The notes below the pieces were generated by a model. The model made no database searches and had not been told where the DNA came from. It saw only the letters and a list, made by a program, of their open reading frames with translations. From Octopus vulgaris (taxonomy: Eukaryota): a DNA stretch of 64,000 nt. Made by a program: the position numbers and the translations under genes. The stretch covers positions 101,308,001 to 101,372,000 of the forward strand of contig OX597822.1 of the NCBI GenBank assembly GCA_951406725.2, written 5' to 3'. Positions 12,669 to 26,152 of the stretch are shown here, piece after piece; position 1 is the first letter of the stretch, and the number at the start of each line of letters is the position of its first letter.

Positions 12669-14152
12669 TATATATATGCGTGTGCGTGCGTATGTGTACA
12701 ATGTATAATTATAAGTGTATATGTACGTGTGTGTTTAAGAGTGGGTGGTGGGTTATGCAAATGCATGATTGTGCTTTTGCTCGTGCCAGGCCAAACCAAC
12801 ACCTCAGAATCAAATATATGATCATCAGACTAAACAACCACATATTTATATCGTTAGAACGACATTATGAAATGTGTTTGTCCTTCCTCGTTTCTATGAA
12901 TGATGCTTGAATGGTCGGACAAATACGTTCACATTATAATCACCACCACCCTGTGTCTATTGTAATAGTGATTACTTAATCATCACAGTTCTAGAAAAGA
13001 AAATTTAGGTTAATGAGTCCCCTTGAGATTCTCCATGTCATGGGAAGATTTGAACCGCCGACTACACTCTAACAAACCGATTGCCACTTTTGCTTTTGAT
13101 GTAACGAGATTTAGCAGCGCCATGTTATCTGTTTATAAGCTTGTAGGCTGGCCTATTGTTAACTTTATTCGGCGTGCACTTCCCACGTCTAGCTGTTATT
13201 TAACTCAAACTAGGAAATAATTAGTAGCTTTTGATCTGCTAATAGTTGATTTCGTTAATAGTGTATATAATTTAGCATTATCTACAGCGGAGACCCACAT
13301 TTAAAATTATCATTAAATATATTCGGCTACATGAAAACTTTTAGCCACCATCAATAATTCAAGGGGGGGACTATGGCAGTTGGTTCCGGTATTTTTCTCT
13401 CTATATATCTTTAGTTTGCGTTCTGCATTGTTGGACATATTCACTGTAAGAGGTGATGCGTTATATATAATGCATTAAACGACTTATCGTATAGTATCTT
13501 TTTCATTTTTAATAAGCTGGTTTAATATTTCTCTTCTATTCCCAAACTTTTTACATGGCGTCTCAATCTCTATCTCTATCTCTCTATTTCTGCCTCTATT
13601 TCCTTATTTTTCGTCTTTCTTACTCTTTCTCTCTTCTATCTCTTTGATAATCGTCTTTCTACAGAGGAAGGAAACATGAAGACTAAGTACTACAAAATGT
13701 AAAACACATTAAGATTTTTCTTCTAAGAATGAATCTCAATTGAGAATTTTCCTTTGGTTTCTAAATATATATTGGTTGTTGTTTCTTCAGAAAGACTTAA
13801 TGTTTTTTTTCTCGTTTTTAATAATATTATTGATTTAGAGAGGAAAAAAAAAAGGATGCTCAACCGTTCATTTGTTTGGTTCTCAATTGAATATATTCAG
13901 ATATTCACTGTTATTTTTCTTCATTTATTCCTTCAGATCATCTACCAACCATTGTGTTTGAACTTTGTATATATTTCATATACATTTAGGAGTTTTTGTT
14001 TAAAGTTCCTTTATTTTTCTTTGAAAGTTTTGAATTTATGCTTTGTTGCTTCTTTACACAAAGAAAACGCTTTATGTTGCCAGTGTATCAAATTTGTTAC
14101 ACATCTTATCTGGACATTAAATGTTCTTGTGTGTATTTTGTGTGCATATACA

Positions 14153-14184
<32 letters not shown>

Positions 14185-14594
14185 AATATGTATGTGTATG
14201 TGTGTGTGTTTTAATGTTTATATAGTTATCTAACTCACTATCCCTTTATTATATTTATATAGTATTGTACATGCGGTTACGTAGACTCAGGTAGCTGATA
14301 GTCAATATTGTTCATGTAAAAAAAATAAATTTATTGCCTACGTAAAAAATAAAATAATCTAAATAGACCAAACAGATCATCATGATCATCATCATCGTCG
14401 GCGTCGTCGTCGTCATCATCATCATCATTATCATACCAACATCACAAATACAGTAGTATCTCATAAATGTAATACAAATGTAATACAATGTAATACAATT
14501 GTATTGCGAACTGATAAATTATGAGAATACTTAAAAAATAAGAACTACAATAAATATTAGAGAAAAAGACCAATCATTGGAAGCATCATAAGAC

Positions 14595-14826
14595 CTATTT
14601 CTTTATTACCCACAAGGGGCTAAACATAGAGGGGACAAACAAGGACAGACAGGTATTAAGTCGATTAGATCGACCCCTGTGCGTAACTGGTACTTAATTT
14701 ATCGATCCCGAAAGGATGAAAGGAAAAGTTGACCTCGGCGGAATTTGAACTCAGAACGGAACGACAGATGAAATACAGCTATGCATTTCGCCCGGCGTGC
14801 TAACGTTTCTGCCAGCTCGCCGCCTT
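14595..14826 (-). mobile_element. SINE family B with ~15-bp TSD (AAGCATCATAAGACC)
   Basis: Full head and body. Direct repeat at 14581 and 14838. Confidence 0.85.
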
Positions 14827-15239
14827 GTGATGCTCAAAGCATCATAAGACCGAAACATTTTCTTTATTTTTATCTCTTGGTGTGAAGACAACCATTTCAA
14901 AACTTATTTTCTATATTTTATCAAAATTTCAGTTTTACAGAGCTTTTTTCATTTGTAAATACAACTGGAGGGAATTTTTGCCCAGTATTTGCATGGATAA
15001 AACCACTTAATTCAAGATCTGCTATTTGCTCTATTATATATATCTGAGACACGCATATCTGTTTTGTAGGACGAAAATTCCTCCGAGTTATTTTCGTGAA
15101 CCATATTTTTGATGCCGTTATAGAACAGCAAAGCAAATTCGCATTTCGAGATGTATAAAATGAACACCTTGCAATACATATATATATGAAGGAGGACACA
15201 AAAGAAACCGAAATTTCGCAATATTATTTTATTCAATTA

Positions 15240-16480
15240 GCGTTGCATGTTCACACTTTTATCGTCTTCAAAGTATTCTCCATTTGAAGTAATACTTCGG
15301 TCCACACATTTTCGAAACAGTCCTGGCACTCTTGTGAAGTGATGCCTTTTAATGCCTCCGTCGTTTATTTCTTCACCATTTCCACATCTAGAAAACTCTT
15401 TCCTTTGGGGATTTCCTTCATTCGGGGAACAAAAAAAAAGTCGCAGGCAAAAAAAAACATGCAAAAAAAGTCACAGGGAGCAAGTTTGGGTGAAAAGAGT
15501 GAGTGGGTAAACGGGGCCATGCCATTTTTGTTCAAAAACTTACTTACATTTAAGGCGGTGTGAACACAACCACTCTTCACTTTGCCACAGGTCGTGGAAT
15601 TTTCGTCTCACCGCGTCTCTCAAACGCTTCAGAACTGCCAAGTAAAATATTTGGTCAACAGTTTGACCAGGAGGAAGAAATTTCGCATCGATGAAACAAA
15701 TTAGTATCATCTTGACATTGGACTTCACTTGACTCGCTTTGGAGACATTGCATCCATTGACTTGATTGCTGTTTCATTTCCGGGTCGTAGCCGTAGTAGC
15801 AGCTTTCATCACCAGTGATGACTTTCGAAAGAAGGTCTAGATCAACTTCCAACTGTTCTTTCAGTTCACGACACACACTTTCAGTCGCGACTGCTTTTGA
15901 TCTTCTGTGAGTAGGTGAGGCACAAATTTTGCTGCAGCTCTTTTCATTCGCAACTCCTCGCTCGAAATTCATTGACAGGAGATCCAGAACACACCAGTCA
16001 TATCAGCAAGTTTATTAATTATTCGGCGACGGTCATCCAAGACCAGCTCACGAGTTTTCGTGATGTTTTCATTCGCTCTGGAAGTTGACGGTCGCCCTAA
16101 ACTAGTTTGGTCTTCAGGCGACAAGGACCAATCTTACAGCGTGAAAACCACTTGTAAACTTGTCCTTTTGCTCACGGCAGCGTCCTTGCAAGCTATTTAA
16201 ACCACGATAACTATTTCAGTCGCCGTTTTCACCAGCAGAAAATCGAATTTCAAGGAAGTACGCTGTTCCTTCGTGAAAACTATCACAAAAATCGACAAAC
16301 AGGGGAGAAGCACTGAAAACAAAAACCCACCACGGGGCGGTACGACTATAATCCACGACGCTAGTCGACTGACTGATGCCTGAGACTTACATAATGTAGC
16401 TTCTAGCGGCAGAAGCCTGGACTACAACGGGCTTGTTCCACGGAGAATGGTTCCAGTTACTTTTGGGGTATCCCCTCGTA
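15240..16480 (-). mobile_element. Decayed mariner (Tc1/mariner) transposon
   Basis: Fragmented ORFs with mariner motifs VITGDESCYYGYDPEMKQQSSQW, KSNVKMILICF, FLPPGQTVDQIFYLAVLKRLR and SPKLAPCDFF. TA-CGAGGGG TIR-like end at 16480. Confidence 0.85.
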
Positions 16481-16502
16481 TTGGATAGTAGAGGACAAAG
16501 CA

Positions 16503-16535
16503 GTAGCTACAACAACAACAACAACAACAACAACA

Positions 16536-16608
<73 letters not shown>

Positions 16609-16640
16609 AAAACAATAATAATAATAATAATAATAATAAT
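16503..16640. repeat. Compound (CAA)n(CTA)n(TAA)n microsatellite
   Basis: Directly visible. Confidence 0.95.
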
Positions 16641-17194
16641 CCTTTCTACTGTAGGCACAAGGCCTGGATTTTGTTGGGAGGGAACGATCAGTGTTATACT
16701 TGTACATAATTGATCGACCTCGAAGGGATGAAAGGCAAAGTCGACCTCCGCCGAATTTAAATACGGAACGTAGCGACGGGCGAAATACCAGAGTACCGAG
16801 CAGTGGATTGGAAGCCTTATCATCTACATGCTTCGTGTTGGTACAAAAGATGGTCTACAGCAAATATTCTTCTCAATAATACAGATTTGCTTGACCTTTA
16901 CCAGTTTAGCATGTCGCTTAGTGTCTGGCGACGTGTGCATCTCTAATCATGAGTAGGAATAGTCATAGAATTCTTTGGGGTTTGAATGATTTAACTCTCG
17001 GACCTTGGTTGTTTCGCACAGCATCCTTAAACAACTCTCATTCAAGGATCTATTGAGCGAGACAGGCTACTCAAACTGAAAAAAATTCTTACTGGGCTCC
17101 ACCTGCAAGGTTATGTGCTATTTATCTTAATATGAGATGCTACCGATTCTGCCAGCTCGCTGCATTAATCATAATAATAATCCTTTCTACAATA

Positions 17195-17545
17195 GGCGCA
17201 GGAGGGCTATGTGGTAAGCACCTTGCTTACTAACCACATGGTCATGGGTTCAGTCCCACTGCGTGGCATCTTGGGCAAGTGTCTTTTACTATAGCCTCGG
17301 GCCGACCAAAGCCTTGTGAGTGGATTTCGTTGACGGAAACTGAAAGAAGCCTGTCGTAGATATGTATATATATGTGTGTGTGTGTGTGTATGTATGTTTG
17401 TGTGTCTGTGTCCCACCAACATCGATTGACAACCGACGCTAGTGTGTTTACGTCCCCGTAACTTAGCGGTTCGGCATAAGAGACCGATAGAATAAGTACT
17501 AGGCTTACAAAAGAACAAGCCATGGGGTCGATTTGCTCGACTAAA
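17195..17545 (+). mobile_element. SINE family C
   Basis: Head GGCGCAGGAGGGCTATGTGGTAAG...GGGTTCAGTCCC. Body matches the 38563 copy. Confidence 0.85.
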
Positions 17546-18149
17546 TTTATCGACCCCAAACGAATGAAAGGCAAAGTCGACCTCTGCGAATGATGATAAT
17601 AATTCTTATTATTATCTCATGCTATTATCTCTTGTTTAATATTGTAACTTGAGAATGGAAACCTTTTACGCCTTTTGCTTTTTTCTGCTCTACTTATCTA
17701 TTCTACATATCTGGGATGATCAGCAGTAGCCGGTGATGGGTCACTTCGAAAGGATGAGTATAGTGTTGAAATCAGCATTCAGCAAAGAAATAGCGATAAC
17801 AATATGTATTACAGAGGGGAGTTAGAGAGCAAATTAGAAAAAGTGAATTAGAAATGTATCGTGCCTCACGTGACAGCGACTATAATTTCTTTAATGTCCT
17901 AAAGTGGTTTGCTTTGTCGGACCTACGGCGTTTCCTCTTAGACATTCAATGGCGGGGATTTGCTACTTGAGTCCAGGGAGATAAGAGCACTTACCTATAG
18001 AACTTTCTTTAACTGTCAATAGAAAGGGAAAACCAGAGGCGAAACTAAACTTAAGTATCTAATTTGATAAACAATTTCAGTTTTCGGCGAAGACATGGAA
18101 TACTGCAAAAATTCAATAACGGCAGCTGAGAATGTAATATGAAAGCGAC

Positions 18150-21140
18150 CTCAACTGCTTAATTTCCCAAGCTAACCTGTCATATCTCCTCAAAGACAAA
18201 CAGCATCTCGAAAGAGTCCAGAAGCTGGCTACCCGCATGGTTCAGGGTCTCAAAAATTTGTCCTATGAAGAAAGGCTGAGGACGCTCCACCTTTATTCTC
18301 TTGAAAGACGCCGCCGCCGTGGCGATCTCATTCTCGCCCACAACATTATAAGCGGAAAGTGTAACCTCTCGAAAGAGCTGTTCTTCACTCCTGCTCCAGA
18401 GCGCCGGCTGCGGGGTCATTCCGAAAAGCTCTATCTGCGACGATTTCATCTCAATCGAAGGAGAGGAGCTTTCTCCGTCCGGGTTGCGGATCCGTGGAAC
18501 AAGCTGCCAGACGAGATGGTGAAGATGCCGACGACCGCTTTGTTCAAAGCCTCCCTTGACCTCAAGTGGCCTGAACTCTTTACATGAACACCACCCTGTA
18601 CTTAACTCCATGTCCCCCTACATGGCCTTGCTATTTGCTTTTGAGCCAAATTAACTAACTAACTAACTAACTAACATATCTTATCAACTTTTCTCTCCTC
18701 CTTATTGCATACCTTGTTGTCAGCTGGGCATGCTAAATCTATGATCCAGCATAGTTTTTTTTCATTCTTAATTAATACTATGGCCGGCTTCCTATTCTCT
18801 ATCTCTTGGTCGCTCTGAATCATAAAATCCCATAAGATCTTTGCATTTCTATTTTCGACGATGACTTCAGGTTTGTAGTCGTACCAATTTTTTGCTCTGT
18901 CAAGTCCATACTTGTTGCAAAGTGTGCTATGGACAAGCCTGGCTATATTTTCGTGGCATCTCATATTCTTTCTGGGCTAGTGGAGTACATTGGCTGGCAA
19001 TATGCCATACGGTTTCACAATTTTGTCCACAGATTTAGCACTTATCACTTTCTGCTGTGTTGTCTATTCTGTATTTTATGTAGTTTGTTCTTAGTGCTTG
19101 CTCTTGAGCAGCACAGATTAGAGCCTCCGATTCCGGTGTTAACTCACTTTTAGTCATCCACAGCCACCTTTTATCTCTGTCTGTCTTATCTTCAACATCC
19201 TATGAAATTGTCCATGCATTCGTTTCTTTACCCACGTATTTTCAGTTTTTTTCGTTTTCAATTGCTTGTACAGTGCTTTATCTTTGCAATCTTTCATCCT
19301 ACACAAGCCTGACCTTCATACTTCTAATAATAGCGGTTTTGTGGTACTTTTTACATACTATGCAATGTTGTTTTCTTCTGATCTAATGTTGTGTTCGCAT
19401 CCAATAAGTCCTCTTACCCCTATTTTTCATGGTACATACAGTCTGTCTGTGTCACTTCTTGGGTGGAGTGTCCCATATCTAGTCAGCAACTTCATTGTCT
19501 TTCTGTTTAAGCTTTTAGTTCGTCTACTGTCCATGCGATTACCCCTACTCCATATCTAAGGAGTGAAACCGCCCAGCTTCAATCTTATTCTGTCCGTTTA
19601 ATTTCGATTTAAGGATCAATCTCAATCTGCGCAAGTACTCCACCTTAAATTTTTCTGTCATTTCTTTCTCCATCAATTTATCCATTTCCAAAATCCCCAA
19701 TTACTTAGCCCGTCTCTTCCATCTGCTTCATAACCGACCCCGACGGTATCGATAGCCCATCCATACATTTGACTTTTGTCTCTCTTCAAGACTAATACAC
19801 TACATTTTCTCTGTTCGAACTCCATTCTGATATCGACAATGAAAGTATACACCGTATCAACGCGGGAACTGACTTAGGCTTCATCTATACCATAAAGTTT
19901 GAGATCATCCAAGAATAACAAATGGTTGACTTTTTGTCGGCTGTTTTTGAATACATACCCATCTTTTGCTTTCCTCAGAATCAGTGTTAGTGGTATCAAG
20001 CACAGTACAAAGATCAGTGGGGACAGGCAGTGCCCCCTCCTAATTTCTACTGTCCCTAAACGTCTTCCGTATGCTGTCAGGTCCGTCCTCCAATTCACCA
20101 TACTTTTCCCAAGCAATCGCTCAATATTCGATGCAATACCAAATAGGTTCATACACTCTATAATGCAAGAATGTGGGATCATATTGTACGCCTTACGATA
20201 GTTGATCCATGATATGGCTAAGTCACTTTTCCTCCTCTTGCAGTTTTTAAGTACACTTTTGTCTATCAGATGTTGATCCTTGGTACCTCTGCACTTACGC
20301 TTGCAACCCCTCTGCTAATGTGGCAGGATTCAATTTGTCTCCAGATGTTCCTACATTGACTCTGCGTGTATTCAGTCAATAATTTCCACATAAGTAGCAA
20401 ACAGGATATCGGCCTGTAATTGTCTACCGTATTGTCTTTTTCGATGTTTTTCAAGCGCAGCACAGTCCTGCCCAATGCCAACCACTCTGGAGTTACTTGG
20501 TTGGCATTTAACACGGTGTTGCGTCGCGCAGCTTTTCTTGCATTATATTCACCAAATCTTTTGATCTAGTAGCCTTGAACTCCATCTGGTCCCGGGGCCT
20601 TGCAGTTGTTCATGTTTTTTGCTGATTTCCTTCACTTCCCTAACTGAAATGACTAGTTCTGCCTATTTTGGACAGACTACTGTTTGTTTCAGTTCTTGCA
20701 ACCATTCATCATCCTTCTGTGCTCCTTGTCTTTGCTCCAGATGTCACTCCAAAATCTTTGACTTTCAATGTTATCTGGTATCAACTTTTCCTCTGTACAC
20801 TCTCCATTTATTTCTTTATAGAATCAATTCTGATCTACTCTGAATAACCTATTCTGCTAGTTACCCTTCATTCTCTGGTCGTATCTTACCATTTTTGCTT
20901 TCTTTGCAACAAGGCGCTGTTTCAGTTCCTCCATTACTACATTCAGGCCCTTTCTTTCAATATTATACTTCATTTTCATTGCCTTGTATTGGTGTTCGCT
21001 TTTAAGCTCCCCTTTCTCTTTTCGGTCTAACACAGAAATGTTCTTTGAAGCATATCTAACCCTACCTGTATTCTTCTTTTCCACCATGGACCTTTCTTTT
21101 GTCACTCTCATCGTATTTCCTTTTCTTGATATCAACACCT
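18150..21140 (-). mobile_element. Decayed R4/Dong-clade non-LTR retrotransposon (RT plus restriction-like endonuclease)
   Basis: Fragments [41 protein letters not shown] and KILWDFMIQSD...KPAIVLI..CWIIDLACPAD (PD-(D/E)xK-type). Many stops and frameshifts. Confidence 0.85.
18181..18675 (+). mobile_element. 5'-truncated CR1/L2-type LINE 3' end with (TAAC)n tail
   Basis: ORF2 C-terminus (HLERVQKLATRMV..LSYEERL..LYSLERRRRRGDLI..RGHS.KL..FFS-like FSVRV..WNKLP), short 3'UTR, (TAAC)n tail, flanking CATATCT duplication. Confidence 0.88.
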
Positions 21141-21826
21141 ACGTTTTCCTATTCTCTCTCTCATGGTCGCTCTGAATCATAAAATCCCACAGGATCTTTG
21201 CATTTCTATTTTCGACGGTGCCTTCAGGTTTGTGGTCTTATCAATATTTTGCTCCGTCTAGTCCTAACCCAGCACACATAGATCATTGTAGACTTACAGG
21301 AAATTCTAATAGAAAAGTTGTGTTCGAAAAGATACTACAAAAAACATTCTACTTCTGTATGTCATCAATAAAACCGCCCTATAGAATTATGCTATTGTAG
21401 TCTTATTACTGGTGATTATCACTAGGTCAGCTCCGATCAACCAATCATATAAACAAAGGCGGTCTAGCCGTGACTATCCCGAATTTTACATACCTACAAT
21501 TAATTGTTGAGAGTTCTTCGTTTTTTTTTAATTATAAAATCCAATAGCTAACGTTTGATTTGAGAGGAATTTGGTACCTAATTTTTGCAAGCTGAGCCAC
21601 TGAGTACAAACTTCTCAGTTGGCGTGAGAAGTGGTTTCTGATGGATTATTATTGTATTATTAGTGCCGGGCCCCGTATCAGGCTTGACTGAGCAAACCTA
21701 TGATCAATGACGTACTCATCACGAATACTTTCTTCTTATGAACATAGTGTATATTCTACACTAGCGGTGTATAGCATAATAAATTGTAATTTATATAGTA
21801 ACGACCATTATTTCAACGATAAATAC

Positions 21827-21929
<103 letters not shown>

Positions 21930-21958
21930 GCTCTCTAACTCCCCTCTGCAATACACAC

Positions 21959-21994
<36 letters not shown>

Positions 21995-22164
21995 CAGCCG
22001 AAATTGCGAGGATGATCCGGTTCTTGACTGAAGATTGAAGGCTTCGAATGTCCCGTCCGTGTTTTTTGTATCGTCTTCTAAATGTTTTACGTTCTTCTCC
22101 CAGTTTGTATTTTTCTACATATAATATATAAATAAATATATATATATATATATATACATGTATA

Positions 22165-22231
<67 letters not shown>

Positions 22232-22503
22232 CACCGGGCTGGGTGTTGTGTTCTTGAGCAAGGCACTTTATTTCACGTTGCTCCAGTTCACTCAGCTGTA
22301 GAAATGAGTTGCGACGTCACTGGTGCCAAGCTGTATCGTCCTTTGTCTTTCCCTTGGATAACACTGGTGGCGTGGAGAGGGGAGGCCGGTATGCATGGGC
22401 GACTGCTGGTCTTCCATAAACAACCTTGCCCGGACTTGTGTCTAGGAGGGTAACTTTCTAGGTGCAATCCCATGGTCATTCATGACCGAAGGGGGTCTTT
22501 ACC

Positions 22504-22544
<41 letters not shown>

Positions 22545-22764
22545 CATATGCATGTATTTATATGTATATATATGTATATATATATATATATACATACATA
22601 TATATATTAGAGGGAAACCACTATGTGGACACCCATATGCTAGAAATAGATCCGCTACGGTCTCACCACCAAGAAATGTTCTCAAGAAAAAATTTAGGCA
22701 AAACAACCAAAACGTAATCGAGCAAGACAATATATATATATGAAAGAATGGAGTTGAACGACGA

Positions 22765-22884
22765 ATTAACAAAATTCCTTTATTTTCGACGTATGTTTCG
22801 AAGGCTGCATATTCCTAATTGCGAAGGAATAAGGAGTATATTATGCCGCTTTCTCATCAGGAAAAGCAAGGAACTTATGCCAAC
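22765..22884 (-). ncRNA. Type I hammerhead ribozyme (intact core)
   Basis: Reverse complement reads stem I UUUUC, CUGAUGA, stem II GAA.GC.GCAUA/UAUGC.GC.UUC, GAAAC-AUAC-GUC, GAAAA. Confidence 0.8.
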
Positions 22885-23044
22885 ATCATTGTTATATATA
22901 TAATTGTTATATATATATATATAATTGTTATATATATAATCATCATTGTTTAACGTCTGCCCTCCACGCCGGCATGGGCCGGACAGTTTGACTGGGGACC
23001 GGCAAACCAGGTAGCCACACCAGGCTCCAATCTGATCCTGCAAA

Positions 23045-23335
23045 GGTGATACTTTACAAAGAAATAACTACAGGGCTTTCAAACTGCTAGATCAGGGGAT
23101 GAAGGTCACGGAGGGGGTCATAGCCCAACTAATTAGGGAGAGAGTCTGCTTAGATGAGATGCAGTTCGGGTTTTGTGCCAGGTAGAAGCACCATTGATGC
23201 TATAGTCCTGGTAAGGCAACTGTGGAAGAAATACCTAGCCAAAGATAAACCCCTATACTTGGCTTTTGTTGACTTGGAGAAAGCCTTTGACAGAGACCCC
23301 GATCCCTCATCTAGTGGGCAATGCGGAAACTAGGG
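23045..23335 (+). mobile_element. RTE-clade LINE RT fragment
   Basis: Translates, with a frameshift, to MQFGF.PGRSTIDAIVLVRQLWKKYLAKDKPLYLAFVDLEKAFDR. Confidence 0.75.
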
Positions 23336-24320
23336 ATATATATGTATATGTTTGTGTGCCCATAGAAAATAGACATTTGATGATAATGATGATGATGATA
23401 TCCACTAAGCTTCTTTCCTCAGCCCACTTTATGAAACAGTTACAGACTGGATGCACCTAAGGATATTTTCTGTACATCTTGACTTCTGTAGCAACTTATG
23501 AACTTCCTATAGTTGGATGAATGTTGAACATATAAGACAAACTGCAATACACTGCACACGTTTGAACTTATTGACTATTGATCCACCATTTTTAGATCTT
23601 TCTTCCATACAGGCAAAGATTACAGAACTTTATCAAGGCAGATTTCTATGTCCAGATGTTCTTCCAGTCATCAACTCTTATTTGTTTTTCAACTGAGGTA
23701 TTTTTCATTTTAGTGTTAATCACAAATCCACTAAACTACAGAATATTTGTTCACTGAAGAAAGTAAACAATGTCACCGTTTTTTTTACTCATATTCATTT
23801 GTTTGTATACAAATACATGTATATGAGTAATCATATATCTCCTCTACAGCAAGAAATTTTTCAGTTCTGGCCCCTTCTCTCTCCCATAGCATAAAGCCAT
23901 CTCCTCTACTGTAGATTTATTCATACTATGCTATATATCAACCTCACTAGTGCTGGTGCCACAAAAAACAAAAGTACTCAGTACAAACTGTAAAGTGGTT
24001 AATATTAGAAAGAACATTGGCTCCCGTGCCAGTGGCATGTGAAAAGGACCATTCAAGCGTCATCGTTACTAGTGTCGCCTTACTGGCACATGTACCGGTG
24101 GCACGTGAAAAACAACATTCAAGCGAGGTCGTTGCCAGTGCTGCTAGACTGGCTCCTGTGCTGGTAGCACGTAAAAAACACCTTTTGAGCATGGTCGTTG
24201 CTGGAACTGCCTGTCTGGCCCACGTGCCGGCGTGGAGGGCGGACGTTAAACAATGATGATTATATATATAAGAATTATATATATATATATATATATAACA
24301 ATTATATATACAACAATGAT

Positions 24321-24440
24321 GTTGACATAAGTTCCTTGCTTTTCCTGATGAGAAAGCGGCATAATATACTCCTTATTCCTTCGCAATTAGGAATATGCAG
24401 CGTTCGAAACATACGTCGAAAATAAAGGAATTTTGTTAAT
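24321..24440 (+). ncRNA. Type I hammerhead ribozyme (intact core; predicted cleavage after C24417)
   Basis: CUGAUGA at 24345-24351, GAAA at 24406-24409, GUC at 24415-24417. Extended stem I (UUCCUU.GC.UUUUC / GAAAA.UA.AAGGAA and beyond) and a branched stem II. Confidence 0.82.
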
Positions 24441-24608
24441 TCGTCGTTCAACTCCATTCTTTCATATATTTAAATTAAAAACAAAACAAAAAAACATACA
24501 AATTTCCACACGAAAGCACGTAACTTCAAACGTGTCTTCTCTGATGTGAATTTGCTACCCAGGTATCAGTTAACCGAATTATCCATAACAAGATAATTCA
24601 TTCAACTA

Positions 24609-24667
<59 letters not shown>

Positions 24668-25785
24668 ATATATGATTTATAGGTTGAGGTTGTACAGTCA
24701 CGAAGCAGACCGGAAATATATTTGCAGTATATTCTTGCACTGGTTACCAGTAAGTGCACAATGTTTCATGAAGTGCGATAAAATCAATTACTTGTAGCTG
24801 GTTATCATAGCAATCATAAGTCAACATCTACCCATTTGAAAAATAATATGATGGGGAAGAAGTGTGGCAGATTCTTGCCTCTTCCTGAAGCAGCGATGAA
24901 GCAAATGAAATCTAGCACAATTGAGAACAGTAACCAAGTTTGATACTCCACAGATTTACTCGCGCTCCTTGACATTCCGAGGATTTTCTTTCGCTTCTAC
25001 TACAGTGCTCGCTTATTTGAAACAGTAATATTTAATCTATTTCATTATTGGTCCAGTATCTTTTATTACTTTTAATAAATAAAATCAAACAACTTAAACC
25101 TATGATTGACGATACATTATATAAATATACAGTAACATACTGTAGTATTTAATGTGTAACTGTTCTTATACTTAGTAATTTGAGTAGAATTGAAATGGTC
25201 TACTGGAGCCATTATTGGATTAGCATCTCGTAAGATTTAAGGTAAGATCCCATTTCGGATTTTTAATGGACAGTGCATTTATTTCTGCACGCTTCAGTAC
25301 ACTTTACCGAAGTTTGTGTCTTATCCTCTAGCATCGTAACTGCACTCCTCCTATTTCGGACAAGATTCAATTATATCCTGCTTAAAATAATACGAAACTA
25401 AAGTTATACACCAAATTTTAAGAATCTCTTGGGGCTACTATTTGTATTATCATACATGTTTTAGAGGCTTACATCGGATGATTGAGAGAATATGAACATC
25501 TCTATGTTATTTTTTAAAACTAAGATGGTCCTGACGTTTCTATATGCATTTCAGAATACTCTTGTTATGAATAAGTACAAGAGATGCTCTTTCTCAAAAT
25601 ATGAAAAGTATGGAGTTTTAAATTTTAAAAATATATTTGATAAAAAGATTTTAAAAACATTTTCTTCTGGTAATATATGCTGATTTCTTTAAACTCGTAG
25701 ACTCGGGGAACTAATACCAACTTTAGGTGTTTGCAGAATTTGAGAGTCTCCATTGCTATAACAAAATTGTTAATATTAAAGGAGT

Positions 25786-26152
25786 GGAGATGCAATGGCC
25801 CAGTGGTTAGGGCAGCGGACTCGCGGTCATAGGATCGCGGTTTCGATTCCCAGACCGGGCGTCGTGAGTGTTTATTGAGCGAAAACACCTAAAGCGCCAC
25901 GAGGCTCCGGCAGGGATGGTGGTGATCCCTGCTGTACTCTTTCACCACAACTTTCTCTCACTCTTACTTCCTGTTTCTGTTGTACCTGTATTTCAAAGGG
26001 CCGGCCTTGTCACTCTCTGTGTCACGCTGGATATCCGAGAGAACTACGTTAAGGGTACACGTGTCTGTGGAGTGCTCGGCCACTTACACGTTAATTTCAC
26101 GAGCAAGCTGTTCCGTTGATTCGGATCAACCGGAATCCTCGTCTTCGTAACC
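25786..26152 (+). mobile_element. SINE family A
   Basis: Near-identical to 2996-3380. Confidence 0.85.

Larger units (their letters stand above)
8743..13177. repeat. Tandem duplication of a ~2.2-kb unit (8743-10961 and 10962-13177)
   Basis: Identical ORFs in both units (9436/11651, 9523/11738, 10465/12680). Junction GGCGTGC|TTTGAAAT. Differences seen only in homopolymer and TA lengths. Confidence 0.95.
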
